From Sphingomonas sp. (GTDB taxonomy: Bacteria; Pseudomonadota; Alphaproteobacteria; Sphingomonadales; Sphingomonadaceae): a stretch of DNA of 64,000 nucleotides. Under the pieces are notes generated by a model. That model had not been told where the DNA came from, made no database searches, and was given only the letters and a program-made list of their open reading frames with translations. This document shows positions 48,443-60,912 of the stretch, piece after piece. The first letter of the stretch is position 1. The number at the start of each line of letters is the position of its first letter. The stretch is taken from NCBI RefSeq assembly GCF_031372575.1, contig NZ_JANMLM010000111.1:2750-66749 (forward strand), read 5' to 3'. Both the position numbers and the translations under genes were made by a program.

Positions 48443-49266
48443 CAGTCGCGCAGCAGTTCGTTGATGCCAGTCTTGCTGCGCGTCCGCTCGTCGACCGTCT
48501 TGACGATCACCGCGCAGGCCAGGCTCGGGCCGCCATCCTTGGCGGGCAGGGTGCCGGGGACCACCACCGAATAAGCGGGAACGCGGCCGTACATCACCTC
48601 ACCGCTGGCGCGGTCGACGATCTTGGTCGACGCGCCGAGGAACACCCCCATCGAGATCACCGCGCCGCGCTCGACCACCACCCCCTCGGCGACTTCGGAC
48701 CTGGCGCCGATGAAGCAATCATCCTCGATGATCACCGGCCCCGCCTGCAGCGGCTCGAGCACCCCGCCGATCCCGGTCCCGCCCGAAATATGGACGTTGC
48801 GGCCGATCTGCGCGCAGCTTCCGACTGTGGCCCAGGTATCGATCATCGCCCCCTCGCCGACATAAGCGCCGAGGTTGACGAAGCTCGGCATCAGCACCGC
48901 ATTGGGGGCGATGAAGGCGCCCTTGCGGACGATCGCGCCGGGCACCGCGCGAAACCCCGCCGCGCCGAATTTGGCCGCGTCCCAGCCAGCGAATTTGGAC
49001 GGCACCTTGTCCCACCACGCCGCGCCGCCGGGGCCGCCGGGGATCTCGGCCATCGCGTTAAGGCGGAACGACAGTAATACCGCTTTCTTGAGCCATTGAT
49101 TGACCTGCCAACCGCCATCGACCGGCTCAGCCACCCGCGCCTGGCCCGAATCGAGCAACTCGAGCGCCGCATCGACCGAATCGCGCACCTCGCCGGTGGT
49201 CGCCGCGCTGATCGTATCGCGCTGTTCCCAGGCCAAATCGATGACGGTCTGGAGTTGATCGGTCAT
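48442..49266 (-). CDS. dapD: Tetrahydrodipicolinate N-succinyltransferase
   Basis: [17 protein letters not shown], hexapeptide repeats and GGVLEPLQA. Confidence 0.96.
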   Translation of the reverse strand: MTDQLQTVIDLAWEQRDTISAATTGEVRDSVDAALELLDSGQARVAEPVDGGWQVNQWLKKAVLLSFRLNAMAEIPGGPGGAAWWDKVPSKFAGWDAAKFGAAGFRAVPGAIVRKGAFIAPNAVLMPSFVNLGAYVGEGAMIDTWATVGSCAQIGRNVHISGGTGIGGVLEPLQAGPVIIEDDCFIGARSEVAEGVVVERGAVISMGVFLGASTKIVDRASGEVMYGRVPAYSVVVPGTLPAKDGGPSLACAVIVKTVDERTRSKTGINELLRD

Positions 49267-49937
49267 TGGTTGCTTCCTTGTAAGATCGTCTGGAGCCAGT
49301 CGCCGACGTCGCTGATGACATGGTCGATGGCCGCGGGGTCGGCGTCATGATCGCCGTGGTCGGAGCCATTGTCGACCCATACCGTCGTCATCCCCAGCGC
49401 CTTGGCGGGGCGCAAATTCTTGGCCATATCTTCGACCAGCACCGCGCGCGCCGGATCGATATCGAATCGATCGACCAGCAAGCGATAGCCGTGGGCGTCG
49501 GGCTTGGGCAGATAATCGCAGGCGTGGATGTCGACCAGCCCGTGGAATTGATCGCCGATCCCGATCGCGCGCAGCACGCGGCCAGCATATTCCGCATCGC
49601 CATTGGTGAATACGAACTGCCGCCCCGGTAGCGCGGCGAGCCCGCGCGCCAGTTGCTCGTCGGGCGCCACCCGGTCGAGCGCGATCGCATGAACATCGTC
49701 GAGGAAATGCTTGGGGTCGACATCGTGATGCTTCATCAGCCCGGCGAGCGTCGTCCCGTGATCGCGGAAATAGCCTTTCTGAACCCGCCGCGCCTCGACC
49801 GGTTCATGCCCCGTCACCCGCTCAACATAGGCGGTCATTCGCGCATCGATCAGGTCGAACAGCCGGGTCGATGCCGGGTACAAAGTATTATCGAGGTCGA
49901 AGATCCAGTCATCGACATGGGCAAAGCGCGGGTCCAT
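49263..49937 (-). CDS. Pyrimidine 5'-nucleotidase (HAD family)
   Basis: [15 protein letters not shown] and ED..NL. Confidence 0.9.
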   Translation of the reverse strand: MDPRFAHVDDWIFDLDNTLYPASTRLFDLIDARMTAYVERVTGHEPVEARRVQKGYFRDHGTTLAGLMKHHDVDPKHFLDDVHAIALDRVAPDEQLARGLAALPGRQFVFTNGDAEYAGRVLRAIGIGDQFHGLVDIHACDYLPKPDAHGYRLLVDRFDIDPARAVLVEDMAKNLRPAKALGMTTVWVDNGSDHGDHDADPAAIDHVISDVGDWLQTILQGSNQ

Positions 49938-49968
49938 CGCCCGCCGCCTAGCGGGGAAATGCGCGGCG

Positions 49969-50322
49969 TTAAACGGTAAAACTCTCGCCGCACCCGCACG
50001 CGCCCTTGGCATTGGGGTTGGCGAAGGTGAAGCCGGCGGCGAAATCATCCTCGACCCAGTCCATCACCGACCCGACGAGGTACAGGATCGACCCGCCATC
50101 GACGAAGAACGTCCCGCCGGGAGTCTCGATCATCTCGTCGAAGGGAACCGCTTCGGTGACATAATCGACCGAATAAGCCAGCCCCGAGCAACCACGCCGC
50201 GGTGTGCTGAGCTTGACCCCGATTGCGTCGGCGGGAGCGCGCGCCATCAAGTCGGCGATGCGCTGCTCGGCGGCGGGCGTCAGGGTGATCGCTGCAGGGC
50301 GAATTCGCATTGGCTTGTTCAT
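49969..50322 (-). CDS. sufA: Fe-S assembly A-type carrier (SufA/IscA)
   Basis: GCSGLAY and NPNAKGACGCGESF. Confidence 0.93.
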   Translation of the reverse strand: MNKPMRIRPAAITLTPAAEQRIADLMARAPADAIGVKLSTPRRGCSGLAYSVDYVTEAVPFDEMIETPGGTFFVDGGSILYLVGSVMDWVEDDFAAGFTFANPNAKGACGCGESFTV

Positions 50323-50798
50323 AGCATTCCCAATTCGAGCCGTGCCTCGTCGCTCATCTTGCTTGGGTCCCACGGCGGATCCCACACCAGTTTGACTTCG
50401 GCATCGCGGATCCCCGGCACCGACAGCACCCGCATCTCGACCTCGCCGGGCATCGATTCGGCGACCGGGCAATTGGGCGTGGTCAGCGTCATGTCGATCA
50501 CCGCGTCGCCATCGGCATCGACGCGGACGTCGTAAATCAGCCCGAGCTCGTAAATGTTGACCGGAATTTCGGGGTCGTAAATCGATTTCAGCGCCTCGAC
50601 CACCGCTTCCTGCAAATCGCCGCCGGGCCCGGCCACATCGGGCGCAGGCTTCTCGGCGGCGAGGAAACCGGTGAGGTAATCGCGCTTGCGCGCAAAATTC
50701 TCTGCGAGGCTTGGCTCGGGGGTCAGGCGGGCGCGCGGCGGGGTGTCGACCGAGTCGACCTCTTCCACCTCGATCTTCTTCTCTTCGCCCATGTTCAT
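50319..50798 (-). CDS. sufT: SUF system DUF59 protein (SufT-like)
   Basis: YDPEIPVNIYELGLIY and MTLTTPNCP. Confidence 0.9.
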   Translation of the reverse strand: MNMGEEKKIEVEEVDSVDTPPRARLTPEPSLAENFARKRDYLTGFLAAEKPAPDVAGPGGDLQEAVVEALKSIYDPEIPVNIYELGLIYDVRVDADGDAVIDMTLTTPNCPVAESMPGEVEMRVLSVPGIRDAEVKLVWDPPWDPSKMSDEARLELGML

Positions 50799-51985
50799 CC
50801 GAATATCCGCTTCACTGTGTGCAGCCCCTGAACGAGCGCTTCGATGTCGCTAGCGTCGCTATGCGCCGCGAAGCTCGCCCGAGCGGTCGCGGGAACCCCG
50901 AGCACTTCCATAAGCGGCTGCGCGCAATGGTGCCCGGCGCGAACCGCGACCCGTTCGTCATCCAATATGGTGCCGATGTCGTGCGGATGCACCCCGTCGA
51001 CCCCGAAACTGACGATCCCCGCGCTATCCTCGGGGCCGAACAGGGTCACGCCGGGGATGCTGCGCAGCGCCGCGCGGCACTCGCCGACCAATGCCGTTTC
51101 ATGTGCGTGCAGCGCGTCGAGCCCGATGTCCTGGGTCCAGTCGATCGCCGCGTGGAGCCCGATCGCGCCGACGATATGCGGCGTCCCAGCCTCGAACCGC
51201 GCCGGCGCGTCGAGGAAGCTGGTCTTCTCAAACGTCACCTGGTCGATCATCGCCCCGCCGCCCTGATAGGGCGTCATCGCGTTGAGCAACTCGCTCCGGC
51301 CCCACAGGCAGCCGATCCCGGTCGGGCCGTAAAGTTTGTGCCCCGAATAAACGTAAAAATCGCAGTCCAGATCGACCACGTCGATCTTCAGCCGCGGGGC
51401 GGCCTGGCAGCCATCGAGCAACAGTTTCGCACCGACCTTATGCGCAATCGCGGCGGCGCGCTTGGCGTCGAGGATCGATCCGAGCACGTTCGAGACATGC
51501 GCGAAGGATAGGATGGCATGGCTCTCGTTGGCCATGCGCTCGGCCGCATCGAGGTCGATCCGCCCGTCGTCGGTCAACGGCACGACGTCGATCGCGTAGC
51601 CCGCCAGCTGCCACGGGACGATGTTCGAATGATGCTCCAATGCCGACAGCAACACCCGTTTGCGCATGCCGTTGGCGAACCGCGCTGCGATCAAATTGAT
51701 CGCTTCGGTCGCCCCGCGCGTGAAGATCAGTTCGTCGGCCTGCCCGCCGATCAGCGCCGCAGCAGCGTCGCGCGCCGCCTCGAAGCTCTGGGTCATTGCC
51801 GCCGACCGTTCGTACACCCCGCGATGGACGGTCGCATAATCGCGGCCATAAGCGTTGGTGATCGCGTCGATCACCGCCTGCGGCTTTTGCGCGGTCGCGG
51901 CGCTGTCGAGATAATGCCAGCCGGCAATTGCGGGGAATTGGTCGCGGACGCTTAGCGCCGAATTGAGGCGGGTGGCGATGTTCAT
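50795..51985 (-). CDS. sufS: Cysteine desulfurase
   Basis: YLDSAATAQKP, SGHKLYGPTG and RAGHHCAQP. Confidence 0.96.
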   Translation of the reverse strand: MNIATRLNSALSVRDQFPAIAGWHYLDSAATAQKPQAVIDAITNAYGRDYATVHRGVYERSAAMTQSFEAARDAAAALIGGQADELIFTRGATEAINLIAARFANGMRKRVLLSALEHHSNIVPWQLAGYAIDVVPLTDDGRIDLDAAERMANESHAILSFAHVSNVLGSILDAKRAAAIAHKVGAKLLLDGCQAAPRLKIDVVDLDCDFYVYSGHKLYGPTGIGCLWGRSELLNAMTPYQGGGAMIDQVTFEKTSFLDAPARFEAGTPHIVGAIGLHAAIDWTQDIGLDALHAHETALVGECRAALRSIPGVTLFGPEDSAGIVSFGVDGVHPHDIGTILDDERVAVRAGHHCAQPLMEVLGVPATARASFAAHSDASDIEALVQGLHTVKRIFG

Positions 51986-52716
51986 GCGATCCTCCGCAAT
52001 GCCGCGCGGGCCAGGTCGGCAATCGCCTCACCGCCCTCGGCCTCGTCCCACAATCCACCGACGAACCCTTCGAGCAGCAACGCCCGCGCCGATGCCGGGT
52101 CGAGCCCGCGCGCGGCGGCGTAGAATAGTTGCTCGCGGTCCAGTTCGCCGACCGTCGCGCCATGCGCGCATTTCACGTCGTCGGCGTAAATCTCCAGCTC
52201 GGGTTTGGCATTGGCCTGAGCCCCACGGTTTAGCAGCATCGCCTTGATCGACTGCTCGCTGTCGCTGTGCTGCGCATTGCGCGCGACCGCGACCTTGCCG
52301 AGGTACGACCCGACCGCCTTGCCGCCAAGCACGCTGCGCACCATTTGCCGCGACGTTGCCGACGGCTCGAGATGGCGGACGATGGTGACGATCTCGAGGT
52401 TGCTCGACCCGCCACCAATGTTCGCCGCATGCAGCGAAAAGTCGGCGCCTTCATGGAGCGCAACATCAATCTCGATCCGCCCGTAAAGCGCCGCCGTGTT
52501 GAGCGCAAAAATGCTCGCCGACGCGCCAACATGGAGAGTCATTTGTACGCGCTTTACCTGCACGTCTTCGCCGCTCGGCAACCAGATTTGCTGCACCTTT
52601 TGCTGCGCAGCAATTTCGATGACTTCCGGCGCCGCAAGCTCGCCCCAAACCGCCGCCAATGCCGCGACATCGGCATAGCGAAACGCTTCGTCTTTCCTGG
52701 TCGGAAGCGCGTTCAA
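51982..52716 (-). CDS. sufD: Short SufD
   Basis: PTRKDEAFRY and KPELEIYADDVKCAHGATVG. Confidence 0.9.
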   Translation of the reverse strand: MNALPTRKDEAFRYADVAALAAVWGELAAPEVIEIAAQQKVQQIWLPSGEDVQVKRVQMTLHVGASASIFALNTAALYGRIEIDVALHEGADFSLHAANIGGGSSNLEIVTIVRHLEPSATSRQMVRSVLGGKAVGSYLGKVAVARNAQHSDSEQSIKAMLLNRGAQANAKPELEIYADDVKCAHGATVGELDREQLFYAAARGLDPASARALLLEGFVGGLWDEAEGGEAIADLARAALRRIA

Positions 52717-53456
52717 GCTGCCACCTCCGTATAGCCTTCGCGCTCGAGCTGCCGCGCCAGCTCGGGGCCGCCGCTGCGCGTGATCTTGCCGCGGTCGAGG
52801 ACGTGAACGCGGTCGGGCGTCACATAGTCGAGCAGCCGCTGGTAATGCGTGATCAGCAGCACCGATTTGTCGGGGCTGCGCATGATCGAATTGATCCCCG
52901 CGCCGACCGCTTTCAACGCATCAATATCAAGACCGCTGTCGGTCTCGTCGAGGATCGCGAGCTTGGGGGCCATGATGCCCATCTGCACCATCTCGGCGCG
53001 CTTCTTCTCGCCGCCCGAGAAGCCGACATTGACCGGCCGCTTGAGCATCTCCGCATCCATCCCCAGCGTCGCCGCCTGCGCCTTGGCGAGGCGGATGAAT
53101 TCCGCGCCCGACAGGTCGGCTTCCCCGCGCGAACGCCGCTGCGAATTGAGGCTTTCGCGGAGGAACTGGAGATAGGACACGCCGGGGATTTCGACGGGAT
53201 ATTGGAAACCTAGGAACAGGCCAGCGGCGGCGCGTTCGTGGGGTTCCATGCCGAGCAAATCCACGCCGTCGAACGTCACCGACCCCTCGGTCACCTCATA
53301 CCCCGGCCGGCCGCCGAGCACATAGGCGAGCGTCGACTTGCCCGCCCCGTTCGGCCCCATGATCGCATGCACTTCACCGGTCGGTACGGTCAGCGACAGC
53401 CCGTCGAGGATCGGCTTGCCGGCGACCGTCGCGTGGAGGTTTTCAATTTTGAGCAT
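52713..53456 (-). CDS. sufC: Fe-S assembly ATPase
   Basis: GPNGAGKST, FQYPVEIPG and GFSGGEKKR. Confidence 0.96.
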   Translation of the reverse strand: MLKIENLHATVAGKPILDGLSLTVPTGEVHAIMGPNGAGKSTLAYVLGGRPGYEVTEGSVTFDGVDLLGMEPHERAAAGLFLGFQYPVEIPGVSYLQFLRESLNSQRRSRGEADLSGAEFIRLAKAQAATLGMDAEMLKRPVNVGFSGGEKKRAEMVQMGIMAPKLAILDETDSGLDIDALKAVGAGINSIMRSPDKSVLLITHYQRLLDYVTPDRVHVLDRGKITRSGGPELARQLEREGYTEVAA

Positions 53457-53498
53457 TCTTTTAAAACTCAATTTCATCAGTCTTGCAGGTTGGACAAA

Positions 53499-53884
53499 TC
53501 ATTGATCGACACGAGGCGCTGGTCCGGGTTTGTAAGCGGCGAACGCGTCGATTTCGTCAAACGTCTTCTCAACGAGCGCGCGGCGCTGTTTCTTGGGAAC
53601 AGCCCTGACCTTCAGCATTTCGTTCGCACGATCCATTTGGCGCTCGCGAATTTTTGAGCAATCGTCACCCTGTCGAATGTCATCCGGGTTGAAAGTCGTC
53701 CCTGAGTCTCCACTGCGTAGAACGGTACCTTGCGATGCCGTCTTGCAAGCAAAGTATGTGACAGCCGCAGGCGCGATCTCGTCCGGAATATTGAGCGAAG
53801 GCCCGTTTACCGTGACCGTTTTGGTCACCGTCGCTTCTTCCTGTGCAGGCGCAAATGCCGCCGCCAAAAGTGCTACGAAAAACG

Positions 53885-53888
<4 letters not shown>
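53499..53888 (-). CDS. Exported hypothetical protein inserted between sufB and sufC
   Basis: TTG start overlaps the sufB stop. Signal-like N-terminus, two Cys, and AT-richer DNA than the suf genes. Confidence 0.6.
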
Positions 53889-55362
<1,474 letters not shown>

Positions 55363-55366
<4 letters not shown>

Positions 55367-55767
55367 GACGCCAGCTCCTCCAACGATACTGCGCCCAATG
55401 CCCCGCGCACTTTCGCGCCGACAATCCCCATGTGCGGCTTGACCCGGCAATGCGCATCCAATGCGCAATCGCTCGGCTCGTCGGATCCCGAACATTGAGT
55501 CATCGTGATCGGCCCTTCGACCGCCTCGACGATATCGGCCAGGCTGATCGCGGTCACCGGTCGGGCCAGGGCATAGCCCCCGCCAGCCCCGCGCGTGCCG
55601 GTCAGCAAGCCGTGCGCGGCGAGCCGCTGCATCAGTTTCTGCGCGGTTGGCAATGGCACGCCGGTCTCGTCGGCCAGCTCGGTCGCGGACAGGCAAGCGG
55701 CCGCAGGCCGGCGGGCGGCGGCGGTCATCATCACGACCGCATAATCGGCAAGGTGGGTGAGTCGCAT
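55363..55767 (-). CDS. Rrf2/IscR-family regulator of the suf operon
   Basis: LADYAV, G.RG..GGY.LAR, and three conserved Cys. Confidence 0.92.
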
Positions 55768-55841
55768 TTTCTAATAAGAGCTTTCCAGTCCGATTTAGCG
55801 ACACGCTTCCCATTTTACAACCGCGATGACACAGGTGGACG

Positions 55842-56870
55842 ATGTATCGCCTGCTCCGCCCCCTCGTCTTTCGGCTCGATGCCGAGCGCGCGCATCGCGC
55901 GACCATCGCCGCGCTCAAATTGCTCCCCAGGCGCCGCCCGCCAAGCTTCGACGGCGCGCTGACCACCAGCATTGCGGGTCTGGGTTTTCCCTCGCCGGTC
56001 GGGCTCGCGGCGGGGTTCGACAAGGATTCGGAGGTGGCGGCGGCGATGCTCGGGCTGGGGTTCGGCTTCGTCGAGGTCGGCACGCTGACCCCGTGCCCGC
56101 AGGACGGCAATCCCAAGCCGCGCCTGTTCCGACTGGTGGAGGATCAGGCGGTGATCAACCGGCTGGGGTTCAACAATCGCGGGCAGACAGCGGCGATCGA
56201 GCGCCTCGCCTTCCGCGACCGATCGCGCGGCGTGGTTGGGGTCAATATCGGCGCCAACAAGGACAGCGCGGACCGCATCGCCGATTACGCTGCGGGCGTC
56301 CGCGCAATGGGCCCGCTGGCGGACTATCTGGCCGTCAACATCAGCTCGCCCAACACGCCCGGCTTGCGCGACCTGCAAGCCGGCGGCGAATTGATCGAAT
56401 TGCTGGCGGCGGTCAGCGAAGCGCGGCTTCCGGGTGTCCCTGTCTTTCTGAAAGTCGCGCCAGACCTCGCGCCCGGCGATCACGAGCGCATCGTCCGCGC
56501 CGCAATCGACAGCGGGATTGACGCGTTGATCGTCGCCAATACCACGCTGTCGCGCCCACCGCTGGTCGCGCGCCACGCCGCTGAAGCAGGCGGCCTGTCG
56601 GGCGCGCCGCTGCGGTCGCTGGCGCTCGATCAGCTGCGCGCATTCCGAGCCGCCTCAGGTGGGCAAATGCCACTCATCGCTGCCGGCGGAATCGCGTCGG
56701 CCGAGGATGCCTGGGCCCGCATCCGCGCGGGCGCCAGCCTCGTTCAGCTGTACTCGGCTTTGGTCTATCACGGCCCCGGCCTCGCCCGCCGCATCGCCAC
56801 CGGCCTGACTGACATCCTCAGACGCAAGGGAATCCCCAGCATCTCCGACGCGGTCGGCACCGAACGCTAG
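55842..56870 (+). CDS. pyrD: Quinone-dependent dihydroorotate dehydrogenase
   Basis: [27 protein letters not shown] and GGLSG. Confidence 0.96.
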   Translation: MYRLLRPLVFRLDAERAHRATIAALKLLPRRRPPSFDGALTTSIAGLGFPSPVGLAAGFDKDSEVAAAMLGLGFGFVEVGTLTPCPQDGNPKPRLFRLVEDQAVINRLGFNNRGQTAAIERLAFRDRSRGVVGVNIGANKDSADRIADYAAGVRAMGPLADYLAVNISSPNTPGLRDLQAGGELIELLAAVSEARLPGVPVFLKVAPDLAPGDHERIVRAAIDSGIDALIVANTTLSRPPLVARHAAEAGGLSGAPLRSLALDQLRAFRAASGGQMPLIAAGGIASAEDAWARIRAGASLVQLYSALVYHGPGLARRIATGLTDILRRKGIPSISDAVGTER

Positions 56871-58573
56871 GGAAGCGTCAGCACTACGCCCTCGCGCCTT
56901 GGGTCAAACCCGCCGTCGATCCGCCCGTCGCGGATCAGCACGCCCTGCGCCCCCGAATCCTCGCCCTGTCCGGGCTTGATCTCGATCCCCCGCGCCGCCA
57001 GTTCGGCCAGGATCGCAGGCGAGAATTTGGTCACTTCGCCGCCAAAGCTTTTGCCCCGCGCGACCAGGTTCGGTGCTGCAATCGCCGCCTGCATCGGCAA
57101 TCCCCAATCGACCGACGCGACCAGTGACTTGCCGACATAAGCGAGGATCGCCGATCCCCCCGCCGACCCGATCGCGCCGGCGAATTGTCCGTCCTTCGTC
57201 GTCAGGATCAGCGGGATCATCGACGATCGCGGGCGCTTGGCCGGGCCGACCGCATTGGCCACCGGAAAGCCCGCCGCATCGGTCGGCGAAAAGGAGAAAT
57301 CGGTCAGCTGGTTGTTGAGGAAGAAGCCGTCGACCATCCGCCCGCTGCCGAAGATACTCTCGACCGTGGTGGTCATGCTGACAACATTGCCGTCAGCGTC
57401 GCGGATGATGAAGTGCGATGTCCCGGCTGGCTCGCGGGTCTGGTCGGCGGCCATGGCGGGGACATTGGGCGGGCTTCCCGCGACCGGCGGCGGGCCTGCT
57501 TGCGTCGCGATCAGTTTCGCCCGCTGGTCGAGATAGGCGGGGTCGAGCAATCCGGCGACATTGACCCCGGCGAACCTGGGATCGGCGACATAGCGATCGC
57601 GGTCGGCATACATCAGCCGGCTTGCCTCGGCGAACAGGAACCACGCGCGCGGATCGTCCGGTCCGCGCGTCGCGATATCGGTCCGCTCAAGCAGCCCGAG
57701 CAATTGCAAGATCGCTACCCCGCTCGACGGCGGCGGCGGCGCGCAAACGACATAGATGCGATACGGGCGGCACAAGGGTTCGCGCTTGATTGGGCGGTAT
57801 GCGGCAAGGTCGGCCATCGTCATCGACCCGCCGAGCGCGCCGGCGCGGGTCCGTGCGACGATCCGCGCGCCGGTCTCGCCGCGATACAAGGCTCGTGGGC
57901 CCTGCGCAGCCAGCCGTTTGAGGAAATCCGCATAAGCTGGGTTTTTCAGCGTATCGCCGGCCTTCATCCGCCTGCCGTCGGCGGCGGTGAAATAAGCGAC
58001 GACGTCGGTGGCCGTGCTCTGGGGGAAGCTCCCCGCGATCATCCGCGCCAGCCGCGGGCTGACGATAAATCCTTCGCGCGCGGTTCGTTCAGCCGATCCG
58101 AACAGGCTGCTCCAGCGCAATCGCCCATGCTCGCGCTGCGCCATCCCGAGCATCGCTACCGCGCCCGGCACCCCGGTCGATCGTCCGCTGAGCACTGCAT
58201 CGGTGAAGGACAAGGGCTTGCCATCCGTGCCGAGGAACATCGCCGGACCGGCCTGCGCCGGGGCCATTTCACGCCCGTCGTAAATGCTAATCTTGCGCGT
58301 CGCCCCGTCATAATAGTTGATGAAGGCGCCGCCGCCGACGCCGCTCGATTGCGGTTCGACCAGCGACAGCATCGCTTGCACCGCGACTGCCGCGTCGATC
58401 GCGCTCCCGCCGCGTTTCAACACCTCGATCCCGGCGGCGGCGGCGAGCGGATTGGCAGCGATCACGAACGGCTCGCTTGGCCGCTGCTGACCGATCGGCG
58501 GTTGGGCGGTGGGGGTGACGCAGGCGGTCAGGCTGAGCGTGGCAAGCAGCACAAGGCGGGTGGCAATCGACAT
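56867..58573 (-). CDS. ggt: Gamma-glutamyltransferase family lipoprotein
   Basis: EPQSSG.GGG, DGRE.AP, GTSH (nucleophile Thr), LNNQLTDF and RPRSSM. Confidence 0.93.
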   Translation of the reverse strand: MSIATRLVLLATLSLTACVTPTAQPPIGQQRPSEPFVIAANPLAAAAGIEVLKRGGSAIDAAVAVQAMLSLVEPQSSGVGGGAFINYYDGATRKISIYDGREMAPAQAGPAMFLGTDGKPLSFTDAVLSGRSTGVPGAVAMLGMAQREHGRLRWSSLFGSAERTAREGFIVSPRLARMIAGSFPQSTATDVVAYFTAADGRRMKAGDTLKNPAYADFLKRLAAQGPRALYRGETGARIVARTRAGALGGSMTMADLAAYRPIKREPLCRPYRIYVVCAPPPPSSGVAILQLLGLLERTDIATRGPDDPRAWFLFAEASRLMYADRDRYVADPRFAGVNVAGLLDPAYLDQRAKLIATQAGPPPVAGSPPNVPAMAADQTREPAGTSHFIIRDADGNVVSMTTTVESIFGSGRMVDGFFLNNQLTDFSFSPTDAAGFPVANAVGPAKRPRSSMIPLILTTKDGQFAGAIGSAGGSAILAYVGKSLVASVDWGLPMQAAIAAPNLVARGKSFGGEVTKFSPAILAELAARGIEIKPGQGEDSGAQGVLIRDGRIDGGFDPRREGVVLTLP

Positions 58574-58694
58574 CGTCGCTGCCTATCGCCTCTTGCGCGC
58601 AGCGTCCACGAACACGCGCGCAGCGTTGGCGATTGCATCCGCTTCGGCTAAACCGCCTTCACGAGACCGGGCAAATCCGGCGGGGGAGAGAATT

Positions 58695-60458
58695 TTGGAA
58701 CAGCAGCTCGAACATTTTCCCAATCTGGTGACGATGTTCCTCACCCGCGCGCGTGAAAAAGGCGATGCGCCCTTCCTATGGTCGAAGGCGTCTGGAAGCT
58801 GGAAATCGATCAGCTGGACGGAGGCCGCACGCCAGGTCGCGGCACTGTCGGACGGGCTCAAGCGGCTCGGCATGAAGCCCGGCGACCGGGTTATGCTGGT
58901 CGCGGAAAACCGTCCCGAATGGCTGATCGCCGACCTTGCGATCATGGCGGCGGGTTGCGTCACCGTCCCGACCTACACCACCAACACCACCCGTGATCAC
59001 CAGCACATCCTTAACAATAGCGAAGCTCGCGCGGTCATCGTCTCGACCCAGAAACTGGCCAAGGCACTAATCCCGGCGGTGTTGTTCGCCTCGACCTGCA
59101 ACCACGTCATTTCGATCGACGACATCATCACCGGCCAGTCGCCCGACGTCGCCCAATTCCACCATTGGAAGGCATTGGTCGACGGCCCGGCCGACGTTGG
59201 TGCGCTCGAAACCGCCATGGCAACCATCGGCCGCGATGACCTCGCCTGCCTGATCTACACCAGTGGCACCGGCGGCGCGCCGCGCGGGGTGTGCCAGCAC
59301 CACGGCATGATCCTCCACAATGTCGAAGGCTGCATCGACATCATCGCCAATGATTTCGGCTGGGACAATGAAGTGTTCCTGTCGTTTCTCCCCGCCAGTC
59401 ACGCCTATGAACATAGCGGCGGGCAGCATTTTCCGGTCGGGCTCGGGGCACAGATTTATTATGCGGAAAGCCTCGAGAAGCTGGCCGCCAATATCGAGGA
59501 AGTGAAGCCGACCCTGATGGTGGTCGTGCCGCGCCTGTTCGAAATGCTCCGCGCCAAGATCATCAAGCAGGTCGAAAAGGACGGCGGCCTGCCGGCTTAT
59601 CTGATGGGCCGGGCAATGAAGATCGAGGCCAAGCGGGCGGCGGGCAAATCGGTGCCGTGGGACGCGCCGATGGACGGCATATTGTCGCTTACGTTGCGCC
59701 GCAAGGTCGGCAAGAAGTTCGGCGGGCGGATCAAGGCGATGGTCTCGGGCGGTGCGCCGCTCAACCCGGAAGTCGGATTATTCTTCCAGGCGATGGGGCT
59801 CACCGTGTTGCAAGGTTATGGCCAGACTGAGGCCGGGCCAGTGATCAGCTGCAACCGGCTACGCGGCGGGATCAGGATGGATACCGTCGGCCCGCCGATG
59901 CGCGGGACCGAATTGCTTATCGCCGATGATGGCGAGCTGATGGTCCGCGGCGAGCAGGTGATGCACGGTTACTGGCGCAATCCGGAGGAGACCGCGCGGG
60001 TGCTGAACAACCCCGGTGACGGGACCGGCGCGTGGCTTGCGACCGGCGATGTCGGGCATCTCGACGACAAGGGGCGGATCGTCATTACCGACCGCAAGAA
60101 GGATCTGATCATCAACGACAAGGGCGACAATGTCTCGCCCCAGCGGGTCGAGGGGATGCTGACGCTCCAGCCCGAAATCGCACAGGCGATGGTCCACGGC
60201 GACCGCCACCCCTACCTCGTCGGGTTGCTGGTGCCGGAGGCCGAGTTCGCCGATGCGCCCGATCTGCAGGCGCGCGTCTCGGCGGCGGTCGATCGGGTCA
60301 ACAAGGATCTAAGCGTGGTCGAAAAGGTCCGCCGCTTCATCCTCGCCGACGCGGCCTTCTCGGTCGATAATGAACAGATGACGCCATCGCTCAAGATCCG
60401 TCGTCACGTCATCCGCGCCGCTTATGGCGAGCGGCTGGATGCCCTCTACAAGAAGTAG
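58695..60458 (+). CDS. Long-chain acyl-CoA synthetase (AMP-binding family)
   Basis: IYTSGTGG.P, GYGQTE, TGDVG and DRKKD. TTG start after a GGGGAG RBS. Confidence 0.92.
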   Translation: MEQQLEHFPNLVTMFLTRAREKGDAPFLWSKASGSWKSISWTEAARQVAALSDGLKRLGMKPGDRVMLVAENRPEWLIADLAIMAAGCVTVPTYTTNTTRDHQHILNNSEARAVIVSTQKLAKALIPAVLFASTCNHVISIDDIITGQSPDVAQFHHWKALVDGPADVGALETAMATIGRDDLACLIYTSGTGGAPRGVCQHHGMILHNVEGCIDIIANDFGWDNEVFLSFLPASHAYEHSGGQHFPVGLGAQIYYAESLEKLAANIEEVKPTLMVVVPRLFEMLRAKIIKQVEKDGGLPAYLMGRAMKIEAKRAAGKSVPWDAPMDGILSLTLRRKVGKKFGGRIKAMVSGGAPLNPEVGLFFQAMGLTVLQGYGQTEAGPVISCNRLRGGIRMDTVGPPMRGTELLIADDGELMVRGEQVMHGYWRNPEETARVLNNPGDGTGAWLATGDVGHLDDKGRIVITDRKKDLIINDKGDNVSPQRVEGMLTLQPEIAQAMVHGDRHPYLVGLLVPEAEFADAPDLQARVSAAVDRVNKDLSVVEKVRRFILADAAFSVDNEQMTPSLKIRRHVIRAAYGERLDALYKK

Positions 60459-60461
60459 ACC

Positions 60462-60875
60462 TCAGCTAGCAGGGCGGTAGGGGACGAAGTCGCCCAATGC
60501 GCAACTGCCAACCGTAATGCCGGCAGTCATGTCCCTGACCTGGGCGATATCCCCGCGGCACAATTGCGATCCGGTGCTTCGAGTGACCAAAGCATAGCTC
60601 CCATTGCCCAGATTGTTGCACCCGCCGAGCGGCTGGTTGACGTAGGTCGTGCGCCCGTCGCGATAGATGATGGTGTCGTCGTCGATCACCACCATGTCGT
60701 TCGACCGTTGCAGCGGCAGGCAGCTTTCGGGCTTGCCAGCAACCTTGCCGGCGAGCGCCTTGTCGAAGCTTTGCTGGGCTCGCGCGCTGCGCTGGGTCGG
60801 CTGGCTGTCGACCGTTTCGCAGGCGGCAAGCGTGGTTGCGGCGGCGGCGGTGGCGGCAATCATCAGGATTCGCAT
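60462..60875 (-). CDS. Hypothetical lipoprotein with Cys pairs
   Basis: Lipobox LAAC, with motifs LCRGDI and C.LGDF.PY. Confidence 0.75.
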   Translation of the reverse strand: MRILMIAATAAAATTLAACETVDSQPTQRSARAQQSFDKALAGKVAGKPESCLPLQRSNDMVVIDDDTIIYRDGRTTYVNQPLGGCNNLGNGSYALVTRSTGSQLCRGDIAQVRDMTAGITVGSCALGDFVPYRPAS

Positions 60876-60912
60876 GGCAATTCTCCCTTATCGTATCAGG
60901 CGCTGGCCCAGA

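Noticed and set aside
51982-52716. SufD truncation as a pseudogene
   Set aside because: The frame is intact with coupled start and stop and keeps the C-terminal CAHG motif. To my recollection short SufD is usual in this lineage.
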